A stretch of 36,470 nt of DNA, taken from positions 1 to 36,470 of the forward strand of contig NMRA01000985.1 in NCBI GenBank assembly GCA_002633005.1, read 5' to 3'. The position numbers and the translations under genes are program-made. Source of the stretch: Phoronis australis (Eukaryota; Animalia; Phoronida). Under the pieces are notes generated by a model. It was given only the letters and a program-made list of their open reading frames with translations. It was not told the DNA's origin and searched no databases. Position 1 is the first letter of the stretch. Each line of letters starts with the position of its first letter. Shown piece by piece: positions 23,501 through 35,223 of this stretch.

Positions 23501-26500
23501 CCAGAACATCTCCAAACAATAAGTAACAGATGCTAGGACAATTTTTGGGAATAAATGGCATTTCTGTAATACACACCAAAAGTATTCGGACCAAATGACA
23601 TGTCATTCCCCATCAAAACATCTGGGCGAAAGGTGATTGTATTGTCAGAGTGCACTTTCCTAACGGCCGAGAATATGAAGAATTAATGGGCTGGAAAGTC
23701 TGCATGGAGGCTTAGCCATTCTGTAACAACACACGTTTGAGTTACCCTAAATCAGGAGGCTTGATGCAGAGAGTACTTACTTAAGAGTGTTCTGTACCAG
23801 GAAACCTGCTACAATACCCATGGTGGTGGGCAGGCTAGCTGCACACACGCCCTCTCTCTTTAACGTCTTCTCATCCGTTTGTGTGGCAACAACTAAAGGA
23901 GGGGCACACTGGAACAGAGTAAATTGACAGTGTTAATACAGACAGATAGCCTACTTATTAGATTCGTCCATCACGCTCTAAAGCATCATAATGTATTATC
24001 CAGTTTGAAACGTGGCACCTAACAAGTGAATGTTCTGTCTTGTACATGATATACGTGGGGCCTATGGCCATGTGTATATGTCTCAATAAATCATATCAAT
24101 ACAGACATCAGATTTGAATGCCTTTTTGTGGCAATGTTGCAATTTTGTGACATGCCAAAAGTGCGTACAAAATAGAATAGGGGAAGCTCTTCCAATATCC
24201 TACTGTTCTTCTAGTTGGAAAAAAGTTGTTATCCTCTCAACAGCATTTCTTTGCCACCTACAAATGGCAATTACATCGTTTTACTTGAAGGTCTCAATTT
24301 CCAATGGGGATCCTAGATATAAGACAATTTTGAATTCTGCAAACAACAACAAGAACACTATGTGACGGGACTTCTCGAAGACTACATGTTTTTGTCGCCA
24401 TTTATTACAGTGACAGAAGTCAAATATTATAAGTGCCCGACAAATGAGAGCACGTAACCAGCACACCCTGTGATCACTGTGAGAACAATGCATAAATTGC
24501 TGCCAATTGTAAAATGCTTTCCGTAATAAGAGCTGAGCATTTACTCACGGCAAAACACGACGTCTCTCCGGGCACGATAAACTGTATGTGTCCCGAAACG
24601 GCATTTTCACTGACACCAGATTCAAACCAAGTCTGACCAAGCTCGTTACACGCCTGCCAATCAAAGAAAGCAACAGCATTAGGGTCTACAGCAATTCTAC
24701 TGAAATCCAAGTACAGCTATTCTCCCAGCTGAACGAAGTCACAACAAGCTCTGTTGCCAGGGTTTGCAGACGGCAGTCATGTGCACTTATCATACACAGC
24801 TGGCCTTTGAAATCAACTGACCACAATATACATGTTGTCTGGCACAAAGACCCTCATCAGAAAATGTCTATGGATGACACTGAAAATAACTTCCTGTTAG
24901 AGTGCCTATTAGTTACATGTAGCTAGGCTTTACTGAGTGAATGAGATTGGTTGATAAGGGTCTAACAAGCCTCAAAAAATGCCAAGACTGCCCACTGTGT
25001 TGACGACAGATACGGACAGCTGTTAAAGTGAGAATACGAATGGCTTCAGTGGTAAAACAATCTATGACATGTCACTGAAGATACAACACACATCACGAAT
25101 TTTTGTCCGCCCGGTCGGAAATTGGTCGACGACTAGCCGTCGACCGGTCGGCTAATTTGCCGACCGGCAGCCGCCCGCAGTGCCGACTCATAAGGCGACT
25201 CCCCAGCCGACCCTTCAGCCGACCGGCCATCAGCCGACCGGCCATCAGCCGACCGGCCATCAGCCGACCGGCCATCAGCCGACCGGCCATCAGCCGACCA
25301 GCTGGTCGGCTGCTATTTTTAGGCTAGAGTAGCAGTTGCGTAATAGGTTGTCGGCTGATGCCACTTTGCGTGTCGTTGCATATTCGTCTAAGCACTGGGT
25401 CAAATAAATTAACCTAGTTTTACTGTCTCGGTTACATGAGTTCACGTCGGTTGTGTAATACCACTAATTCGAAGGTTGAAGGCAAGCGGTAATAGTAAAC
25501 ATTGGATTATGGACAATGCAACAAGTTTTGGATGAAAAACGTGAAAGTTTTCTTTACATTTGATCTTTAATTTGACTCGTGACGTTAACAAGATGTATTA
25601 GATTGGTTGCTTCCCGGTCAATACAACGCTGTAGTCATTTTGTAAACGCAGCTATTTTTAACAGTCTTCGCCCGCAATTGATTTTGTTTCTGTAACGCCA
25701 AACTGCATCTTTTTGCGTTTTTTTAAGTTAGTCACCGGTCTCCTATCACGCGCTCATGATGATGGATTAGTGAGTGAGTTGTTACACCGCGAAGAGCTCT
25801 CACTCCGGGGATTTCATTTTCATAGTATTGACCCTTGCAGTAAAGAGGCGAAATTCACGGTCCAGTATGCACTAAACCCACGGATTTCGATGGCTCTAAC
25901 TTCGAAATCATATTATGGTTACGATTTCCACGAACTAAGACGGTGACATCACCACTGTTGAGGCTGCAGGCAATTGTAGCTTTGCACATTCCGTTTTCAT
26001 GTATCGGTGATGTTAAAATCCGGGCTAGCAGTTACATGTATACACGTAGTCCCCTATCAGTTGGTCGTTCACGTTGTTCCAAAAATAAATATTTTCTGTC
26101 AACAACATATTGACAAATTATGCAAAATAAAATAATTGTGAACGGGAAGATGTGAATACGTGATGAAGAAGTATTCACTACGCGGCATATGTGCTCGAAC
26201 CTTTGGTAAAGCGATTGCGATGGCAAAAAATGATAGAAAATACACAAAGGTGCACTTTTGAGAAGCAAAGCGTCTGGTGATGTTGATAGCGTATGATCTG
26301 GCCACCTTAGGTAGAATGAGAAGTGGCAACTACAAAATAAAAATAAAAAATAAATAAATCATGCTTGTATATATATCGCCCCCCCCCTCCCCGAGTTTTG
26401 CACATTCTAAGGAGTCGCCACTCGAGATTTGGTTCCATTTCAGTCCTAAAATCGCAGAATAATTCTTCTGTTCTCAGCTGTAAGAAAAAATACTATTTTT

Positions 26501-29500
26501 TGAAACGGTGTTTCCAGCATGAAATGAAATGCCAAGTACACGCAGCGTTGTAAGACAGAGACGTTGGCGTTTCCGTATGTCCACAAAAGTGCTTTGAGCA
26601 CTGTGTACAAATTTGTTCATTTTGCTTTTCTACACTGACGACTTTGGTCAACTCGGTGTTTTAAAAAGTACACTTTTGAGGGCATTTTCAAAAATAAGTG
26701 TTTGGTTGATGAATTCAGCGAGTCGGTGTCCACGGGCAGAAAACGGTATCTGCGTAAAGACAGAGTTGCGTTTTCAAAACATTCAGAGCATGAGCTCAAG
26801 GACTACCTGAGACTGGTATTCTTGTCCAATGAATATATAGCTCTTGGAAAACTGTTACTCCGAAGAAATGTGCAAAATACGAACGTCATTTACGGAAGGT
26901 TGTACTAGAAGTGACTTCGTTGCAGTGGAGCAGCCACGGGATAGTAAAAACACTGTGCTGTACACTAGTTAGCTTAATGGAAAGCTGAAGCGAAAACATC
27001 CAGAACACACATTTTCTATTCAGGAATTGAAATCTCTGTAGAATCAAAAACAATTGGCAACCAGGATTCATTGTGTCAGAAAACTTATCACACCAGGAGG
27101 CTACGTGATCACCCATTATGCAATGGTGACAATCCAGTGTGTCTTCTGTGTGAAAACAATCTCAACCTATTGGATTGTTTTAATTCCTGCTTAAGTAAAA
27201 TTTCTGGTTTTGAGATATTTATTTTTAGTCCTGGAGAGTTTCACATGTTTTGCTTGGTTTTAATCTTGCATAGAAAAGATATGTCGTTAAATGTTTCAAA
27301 TTAGGCCTCCCATAAATGTGGGAGAGCAGGTTGTGTAGCATCGTACTAAGTAACTTCTTATATAAATCTAGGTGTTCGTGATTTAGTAATACTATGAAAA
27401 ATGAGTAGTTATGACTATGAAAAATGAGTAGTTGAGGCTTCTTTTGAAATACTGTATCCTTTTTATATGCCTGGTGTAGATGGCTCAGTGTGATATTATG
27501 TAAGCTTTATTATCCTCTATGGCTTAACAACTATATATCTTCATTCATGCCTGTAATAGAGGTACCCCCAGGATAAACAAGCACTTGTATGTTTTTATTC
27601 TAATGAGGCGTGCTTCGAATGTACAATAAGTAATCATACTTTTACAGTGGTTCATAACAATCAGATTCATTAAACCCAGTAAATATTTTTTGCAATTGCC
27701 GATCTGCATATTAGACATTCATATTGCAAGATACCTCATCAGAGTAAAACTTGTTATCTATCATAGTAGAACAAATTATTTTTAGCATTGCCACAAGACG
27801 TTAACAAACGCAGTCAGTGTCTGTAACTGTTGTGTCTACATTGCTGATGAACTTAAGTCGGTCTATTTCCATTTTTATATCACTGATTCATGCCAAAGGT
27901 TTGAAATTGCGCCCCCTTAAGAGTTTTGACTTGCCCTGGCGATCACTAGAATCCGAGGCAATAAACTTATAGAAGTTGTTTTTTAACCAGTGTAATATAG
28001 CTGAAAATTGTGTGCGTTTTCGTTTGCGAGAGTGTTNNNNNNNNNNNNNNNNNNNNNNNNNNNNNNNNNNNNNNNNNNNNNNNNNNNNNNNNNNNNNNNN
28101 NNNNNNNNNNNNNNNNNNNNNNNNNNNNNNNNNNNNNNNNNNNNNNNNNNNNNNNNNNNNNNNNNNNNNNNNNNNNNNNNNNNNNNNNNNNNNNNNNNNN
28201 NNNNNNNNNNNNNNNNNNNNNNNNNNNNNNNNNNNNNNNNNNNNNNNNNNNNNNNNNNNNNNNNNNNNNNNNNNNNNNNNNNNNNNGATTTTGCATACGC
28301 ACCCGCCGGTCTTGAGCTCATGTTGATACAAGCTTTTCGACGGGGTGACAAGCGTAACTATCTGGGTTGTGTGAAGTTTCGAGGTCTGTTTGATCTCAAT
28401 AAGCAGTGGCACCTTGCTGTATTTTGAAAATAGTCTTCATGCAACTAGCTGGCTACATAGGAATGCTCTAGTTTCGAAAAGATTTTTTACAGCGAAAGTG
28501 ACAACAATTTCAGAATGATGATGGATGACACTATAAACCGATCACAGTCTTCCGTTTTCATGCGCCCATGATTTACATGTAATATCGGCGCTATGTTCAA
28601 ACCATTGTTTATGTTGTTCCTAAAATAAACTTGGGTTCTATTGCTGTACCAACATATTAAGAAATTATACAGAAATAAGCAATAATTATCTGTGGTAAAT
28701 CGCAATATACAGCGTGATAAAGTGATGATCAAGAGCAATAACGGATGAGCGCAAATGCGTGATGCTTGTTGAGCATTCTGCTGCATGAAAACACTTGAGG
28801 TAGTAAAATATCCAGTGTTGTATTCTGATTTTTATGCAAATTTACTGTAAAATTTCGTGCTTATTTTAATGCATAAATTACTGCATAAAAAGTCTAATTT
28901 CTAAAGTTAGAAATTATGCTTCCGCGATCTCACTTAACGTTTGATTTTACCACGCCGTCATTAATTCAACATAAAGTTTGAGGCTGGTGTAATGTCACGC
29001 ACTTCGTATTTGTAGGTTGATTCGATTTTACCTCCTTTCAATAGTATAACAAAAGTTGATAAACCGATGTCAAGACCGGAGATGCCACTGCTGAACGAAC
29101 AGCGAACAGTTAAATGTTTGTTTGGCCAAAGTTCACCCGTTAAGTCATAAAATGGTAATTGCCTACCAAGGACACGCTTAATCCGAATTGGTCGTCTACG
29201 CTAGGCGACCACTTAGCCGACCCAAGTGCCGACCAAAGAGGCGACTCAGCAGATGGCTCCTAGCCGACCGTTGTTGGTTGGCTGCTGGTCGGCTAGACGA
29301 CCGGTCGACTGCTGGTCGTCGACCAATTTCCGACCGGGCGGACAAAAATTCGTGATGTGTGCTGTACAGTGCACGCCAAAAACAATCAGAAAAAATGGCC
29401 CTTTAACCCCACGTCACGATGACTAAGTGTAAACATAGCTACAATGTACCAGTCACCACAAGAAAATGGTATTTTGTCTATTTACCTTTGACATGTACTG

Positions 29501-32500
29501 TAATGGTGGCTGCTAACTCACCAGAACTGTCATGAGTAGCGTAAAACCTGGTATAGGAAACTATGACCTAATAGGTGAAACAATCCAATTTCTGAGAACA
29601 TTTCTATATGAAATGATTTCGGATATATCTATGGCCTTATTCTCAAATTTTAAGACCACAATGTTTCTTTAGATAATACACGGCCAGTCTTTCTTCTTGT
29701 GTTGTCTGCCAAGTACTAGAAAATTTAATAAAAGCTGCTTAGCTAAAACTATTTCATGAGAATATTGAATATCAAATAACAGTATGAAAATAATTAAACA
29801 AAAACAAAAAATTGAGCAAAAACACTACAACACTTGCATACTTGAAATGATGCTAATGTTCATGACAATACTCAAATATAAGGTCACGCTCAAATATACA
29901 GCCATGGCTTTATATACCGCCTTATCAACTGTCACTTATCCAAGGTTGTTTAACTTAGTTCGTGGTTTAATTCAACACATAAGACCAGAAGAAAGTCAAT
30001 GCTGACACCCCATCTCACATGAACGACTTCTCAACTCACTGTATTGATGGCCATGCGAGCTTCAAAGTTATCCACACAACTCAACACGAGGTCAACTGTA
30101 CCTTTAGTTAGGCTTCCTCTACTGCAAAATAAGACAACAGAAGATTGGAACAATTAAATCTGTAATTGCCTATCCCAATTAACAGTAAAAGAGTACGGAT
30201 GTTAATTAACACATATTAATTAATTTCAAAAACAGATACAAGCATTTTATGTTTAATTTTGCAAATTGGAGTCTTACATTAATTGGTATTCCTAGTAACA
30301 CTACTATACACAAATGACTTCAGCGAAAAATTATTTTTGATTAAAGTCACTACTATTCTTTACTGTTTGAGACCATGACCAATAATTTGGCTTGCCATGA
30401 CGATCAAGCCAAGAAATTCCTTTTCAACTAAGGAACAAGTTGACACATTTATGATCCGAAGTGAACGCTGAATCAAATGTAAGTTTTTATGATGTAAGAC
30501 AGGTTAGTACTGCAGTTTCGAGAGTGGAACCAAACACTAGTGGAAGGGGTGCATCCAGAGTAGAAGAATCTCATTGACATTACCCTGGGTACCAGAAGGG
30601 CACATGCACAAGCATCGCATCACTCAGCTGAATCAGACTCCTTTGCAAGAACCACCGAAGGGTACGCATCAACTACTCTGAATTTCCATGATAATGAATA
30701 TAATGAATATAATGAATATAATGAATATAATGAATATAATGAATTTAATGACGACTAGCTAATTCAGTGCTTGGGAGGATGATTGAAATATACTCTTTTG
30801 ATTTCATAGCAATGCGCTAATTTGAAGTTTATATGGTTGACTTTAATGGCCGTGTGGATGATCAGATACAAGTAAGTATATAAAATAATTGCAAGCGGTC
30901 TGGAACACGTTGTACCACTCACTTGGGCCCATTGCACAGATCACTTAAAACCATTTTTATGCTTTAATAATAAATAGTTAAAACCAAAATGAGGAGCTAG
31001 AGACCTGGGCCCTGTTTCAAGAAAACTGAGTCAGACTTGGCTAACACACATCTTACATTTAAATTGCTTTTGGAGATAAAACTTCGACTTATCTTAAGTC
31101 CGTTCCAAGAAAGTGATCTTAAGTTTGATTTAAGTTTTTGGCTTAATTTTTGTCTTAAGTTTGACTTACTTACCACATGTGTAAATTTCAAAGTGTGGAA
31201 GTTGAGACAAATCTTAGACTTAAGGTTATCTCACAACTTATTTACAAAAATTGGCCATTTTTACACTACATAATAATAATGATGGAACAGAAATACGAAA
31301 CATATTTTTATATTCCCTGATCATTTTTCTTTCAGAAAATAATAAATACTTTTTCAAGTTGACAAAGCTATTTTTTGAAATACAAGTTAGAATAGAGGCC
31401 ATCAAATAAGGTTTGAGATAACGTTAAGTAAAAAATGAACTAAGAAGTCAGTTTCTTGGAACGGGTCACTGACTCAAAGGTCTAGCAGTGTGCACCAGTG
31501 GGACTCAAAGCCATGACCTTGAGTAAAGAAAGGGTCACTGACTCAAAGGTCTATCAGTGTGCACCAGTGGCACTCAAAGCCATGACCTTGAGTAACAAAA
31601 TAGGACACTTACCCCCCTAGGCCACACGGCCTCCTCTACAACTAAGTATCTGGTCAAGACAAAACATTTGACCCCTCAACCTCACCAAAATGAAACCAGC
31701 ACTTTTACACCTAGATGACTAACCATCCAGGACCTTAACACCTGAGGAGCAAGGAACTACTTCGCATGATCATTTTTCATCACTTACTTAATTCTGTCCA
31801 TGAAGTGGCTGAAGTTATCAACAGTGGTGATATTGTAGTTGTGCACTTCAAACTCAACGTCGGGATTTATGTCTCTGTAAAACAGAAACGCCACTTCGTT
31901 AACTACACCGCTACTTCAATCTTCAAACTGATCTGAATAATACAGAATGAAGAGAGCAGACATATGGCAATTCCCATATTCTGCTGTCCCGCCGAATACT
32001 GCTCTACTCAGCCGTGAGGTAAGAATATAGCGATTGTACAATGGGGGCGCCTTGCACACAACGCGCACATTTTCACAATGGCGTCAGCTGATCGTGGGAT
32101 TTATCGTGCGGAAGAAACACCAGTTGGACATCCACAAACCCTTCTTGTCCTGTTGGGTTCAAAACCCACCTGCCGAATATGCCTCACCCGCTCTCGCCAC
32201 AGTCTTTCGTCCTTCAAAACCGTTGGGAAGGGGTGATATGTGACAACCCGTATCCATGGATATTTATGCAGCTTATCCCACTTCCTTGAATCGGCATTGC
32301 AGCCCCACGGCATTGCAGCCCCACGGCATTGCAGCCCCACGGCACAGCAGAAATACTTTCCTGGCATGACTTAATTATGATAAAGAACATGAAGCATTAA
32401 GACCATGGATGCTAACGTGAATCTCCATAGGAGCGAAAGCGAAGCTGCTAACCTACCTGTCGTATCTGGAGGTGTGCCGCTATTTCGTACCTCACGGCAC

Positions 32501-34013
32501 GGGAGAGCAATCAATGCAGAAGACGAGTAATCACGGCAACCAGTAATATACAGCTCACGACACGCAGGTTCATTTCCCTTTATTACTGAATCCCTATTCA
32601 ATTCATGTAACTCTTCAACTATTAAGTCTACAGGGGTCCCAAATGACACCAACTGACAGTTTGAAGTACTTTCATATAATTGCAGATCATCTTAAACGTG
32701 TTAGTCGCGTTTTATGTGTCATGTAGTTATTAACTTTTAAATTCTAATTTTAAATTTTAAAAATCTTCTTCGATTCCAAAGTTTGGCAGGGGTCCCAGAT
32801 TTTGAGAACCAGTTTTGTCCACTGAATAACAGGAATCAAACTGGTTCCAAAAATTCAGAATCCCTGTATTGTGCTTTTCCACAAAGTTTCAAAAAACTGA
32901 AAACAATTTATCATATAAGCTTTAATTTGGCTTTGCTAAAAGTGCACGCGACGAAATGTAGTATGATACCAGAGGGCACTGGCTAGAAACAAACATTGCC
33001 CACCCAAACCTCAAGTTACTGTTGAGACGGTTCCACAAGCACAAAGTACTTCACAACCATACTGCAGGAAAAGATTACCTACGATGTGCTTTGATCAAAA
33101 ATTACTGAAACTCTTACCATAGAGCCTCATTATCAAAATAGGTCTGCACATGCAATGGTATATACATAATTATTTACAAAACCTTTGAGCTCAGATTATG
33201 TCAATAAATCTGCCTTTATTCACAGACGATCCATTCAAAGAGGCGCTACATGTGCTGGTAGCTGCTGTGGATTGTATTCTAATATTCGATAACACTTGGT
33301 GTCCTAGTGAGATATTTAATAGTACAATTATGGTGATAAAAACTTTCTCCAAGCAATTTGATTGCATTTGAAATTTTTTTTTTATGTCAACTGGTGGTAT
33401 AGTTTTATGTCAACTGGTAGCATAGTTTTATGTCAACTGGTGGTATAGTTTTATGTCAACTGGAGGTACATGTATAGTTTTAGGAATAAGAAGGTGTCTT
33501 GAGTTGTCCACGAGGTCATGTTTCCATAACTCACATGCATTGTCCAACAAATATGTTCCACACGTTTTACTGTTAATTCAGATATTACAAAATAAAAAAT
33601 ATTAATTGTGAACCGTTAAGAAGATGAATTTCTTGTACTTTGTGCTTGTTTATCAGAAGATGCATAATTATTCAGCTGGTTGTGACGTCTGCCGTGCGCC
33701 TTCATCAGTGACAGATTTTTTTCGTCATTCATTCCATTCATATTGCTGATCTGCCTCAAAAGACTTACAATTTGTTCAAAACCAATGCTCTGGTGAGCAA
33801 AATGGCTGCAATTGTTTGCCCACCAGTGATTGACATGTTGCAACTCTTTACATCTGATTAGCTTCAAAGCAAATGGTCATCTTTAACAAGACTCAACTTT
33901 TACCTGAGGGTTCGTTCAGCCGCTTCAACTTTACTCAGACCGGCCTGGTGAGGTTGGAAGAACAGCCTGTTCATATTGGCTAACTCCACTTTGTCATAGT
34001 CAAACAGTAGCAG
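17743..34013 (-). CDS. UBA5: Ubiquitin-like modifier-activating enzyme 5 (UFM1 E1), 5'-partial; complement(join(17743..17817,18637..18752,21172..21250,[22589..22724 OR 23298..23433],23781..23908,24549..24653,30040..30121,31788..31874,33904..34013))
   Basis: Spliced exons give diagnostic UBA5 motifs: [56 protein letters not shown], catalytic [15 protein letters not shown]1/ATG8-binding WGIELV and the C-terminal UFC1-binding helix [12 protein letters not shown]. Exons encoding the GxGGxG motif lie beyond the window. Confidence 0.97.
17852..18177. mobile_element. Unclassified MITE-like element, copy 1
   Basis: Homologous to 32000-32509 (gtgaggtaagaata, tccatggatatttat, ctatttcgtacct..gggagagc); imperfect terminal IRs. 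Confidence 0.7.
18637..18752 (-). CDS. UBA5: UBA5 exon ([38 protein letters not shown])
   Basis: gtacag / gtatgc, 116 nt; completes the WGIELV motif. Confidence 0.92.
19934..20077. mobile_element. Small degenerate MITE with CAG(T/G)GGC termini
   Basis: cagtggcgcatttag / ccttgatcagcccctg with C-rich interior; catta on both flanks. Confidence 0.45.
20519..20548. repeat. (ATT)n microsatellite
   Basis: About 9 ATT units. Confidence 0.9.
21172..21250 (-). CDS. UBA5: UBA5 exon ([26 protein letters not shown])
   Basis: tttcag / gtaagt, 79 nt. Confidence 0.92.
21487..21874 (-). mobile_element. Full-length tRNA-derived SINE with long target-site duplication
   Basis: Minus-strand head ggaggcagtgtggcctggttg (A box 21864-21854) and gggttcaagtccc (B box 21822-21810); 27-bp flanking direct repeat at 21460-21486 and 21875-21901 (1 mismatch); CATT-repeat tail. 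Confidence 0.9.
22589..22724 (-). CDS. UBA5: UBA5 136-nt exon, copy B ([45 protein letters not shown])
   Basis: tttcag / gtattt, intact; 4 nt differ from copy A. Confidence 0.8.
22917..23291. repeat. 62-bp minisatellite x6 abutting the UBA5 exon donor
   Basis: tacaaca recurs at 22974, 23036, 23098, 23160, 23222 and 23284; about one unit also lies at 22516-22583. Confidence 0.95.
23298..23433 (-). CDS. UBA5: UBA5 136-nt exon, copy A ([45 protein letters not shown])
   Basis: tttcag / gtattt, intact; duplicate of 22589..22724. Confidence 0.75.
23781..23908 (-). CDS. UBA5: UBA5 exon with catalytic Cys ([42 protein letters not shown])
   Basis: ttccag / gtaagt, 128 nt. Confidence 0.95.
24549..24653 (-). 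CDS. UBA5: UBA5 exon ([35 protein letters not shown])
   Basis: tggcag / gtgagt, 105 nt. Confidence 0.95.
25216..25312. repeat. 15-bp repeat x5 ending in a perfect 22-bp palindrome
   Basis: (cagccgaccggccat)5 followed by cagccgaccagctggtcggctg at 25291-25312. Confidence 0.95.
28037..28286. other. Assembly gap (250 N)
   Basis: Run of N. Confidence 1.
30040..30121 (-). CDS. UBA5: UBA5 exon ([27 protein letters not shown])
   Basis: ttgcag / gtgagt, 82 nt. Confidence 0.95.
30692..31634 (-). mobile_element. Older copy of the tRNA-SINE, interrupted by a MITE, apparently with a different 3' tail
   Basis: 30882-31007 and 31469-31634 align to 21641-21874; the sequence beyond 30882 differs and ends in a 9-bp (taatgaata)n array at 30692-30750. 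Confidence 0.75.
31008..31468. mobile_element. PIF/Harbinger-like MITE nested in the SINE
   Basis: TIRs ggccctgtttcaagaaa / tttcttggaacgggtca; CTG of the SINE duplicated at 31005-31007 and 31469-31471. Confidence 0.8.
31788..31874 (-). CDS. UBA5: UBA5 exon ([28 protein letters not shown])
   Basis: ttacag / gtaagt, 87 nt. Confidence 0.95.
32000..32509. mobile_element. Unclassified MITE-like element, copy 2
   Basis: Imperfect ~32-bp TIR tgctct..gccgtgaggtaagaatatagcg / cgctatttcgtacctcacggc..agagca; internal 16-bp repeat x3 at about 32293-32344; no clear TSD. Confidence 0.75.
33380..33468. repeat. 23-bp tandem repeat x4
   Basis: ttttatgtcaactggtggtatag units. Confidence 0.9.
33904..34013 (-). 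CDS. UBA5: UBA5 exon ([36 protein letters not shown])
   Basis: tcccag / gtaaaa on minus strand, 110 nt. Confidence 0.95.
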
Positions 34014-35223
34014 CTGGGAACAGATGAAAACATTACGTATTAAATAGCTAAGGATTTTTTAAATTCCTTTTTACAGTCTTACACATTGCATTGTGTTCAG
34101 ATGTCTTAAGTTATATGTCTGTTCTCATGACAAAGCTATGTAAGAAAAGAAATACTAGAAAATTAAAACAAATGACTTCTATTAAACAGGCTTTGTCAGA
34201 TTGAGCCAATATTTTAATTAGTACTCAACCAGTTACCACAAACAAGCCCAGCGATATATACGCCCACTAGGCACATACAACACGGCTTGACATAACAAGA
34301 TGCAGATCATATTTACGACATGAAATTGGAAATTCGAGCTGAGATTGTGGTCAACTGTCATTAGTCGCATGTTTGAAACTTTGAAAATCCAACTCCCGTA
34401 AACAGATTTTTTACATTCCTTTCAAAATAGAGGAAACTTGCGTGGTTTCAAAAAGTCAGACAGTTACCTTAGAGGCGGTATATCAAATGCAGCAGTACAA
34501 TTGACTCAAGGACCTTTTTAGTGCACAATATTTCATGAGCTGCAACTTGACCTAAATTCTACAAATGTAACCTAAGATTTTGGCCAGGTCGTAAATTTTC
34601 ATAATCACAGCTGTACGAGCTATTTTAACATGGGCAAAATAAACATGACTGGATCATGAAACTCTGTCCAGTTTAAAGCAAAAATAGACACTAATTTACC
34701 TTTTCAATTACAAACTCAGCCATAAAATTTTTCATTGAATAAACCATTCCTGTTCTGGTTAGAGAAGAGAATGTTTCGCGAATTTTCATGTGAGCAGTAG
34801 CCAAGGTTGTCGTGCAGTAAAAAATACTTCTGGGTGAATCAGCTACTGATACACCTGGACGTTAATATTGCACTACGGTAACGAATGAATGCCTACGAAA
34901 ATGTTATCTACCAAAAATATGCTCCATGCTTGTTCAAATGAGGGGAAACTCTGGAAAGTGATCCAACATGCGAACATAATTAACTATGGGACAAATGATT
35001 TTCCATAATAATGGAAATCGGGCAATACACAGAATTAGACTACTTTCAACAATAAATCCATTCATTACCATACACTGATTCTGGTCACTATTCGATAAAT
35101 GAAGCCAAGCAGTCGTACATTCTCTCTGAAAGTGGCATACCGCTAGATTTTTTCCGGGAAACAATTGCAACAAGTTATGCGGATAGGTATAGGTAAAACA
35201 CAGTTGTAGCATTAACTGATATA

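Larger units (their letters stand above)
25084..29364. mobile_element. About 4.3-kb long-TIR DNA transposon (superfamily unresolved), containing a 250-N gap
   Basis: 71-bp TIRs (25084-25154 and 29294-29364, 4 mismatches, 47-bp perfect core), TA on both flanks, many GCCGACC subterminal motifs. Confidence 0.85.

Noticed and set aside
25093-25327. Repeat proteins (MAGRL)n and (SRPAI)n
   Set aside because: Translation by-products of a 15-bp subterminal repeat of a transposon.
27888-28427. Long ORFs in all six frames
   Set aside because: Artefacts of the 250-N gap.
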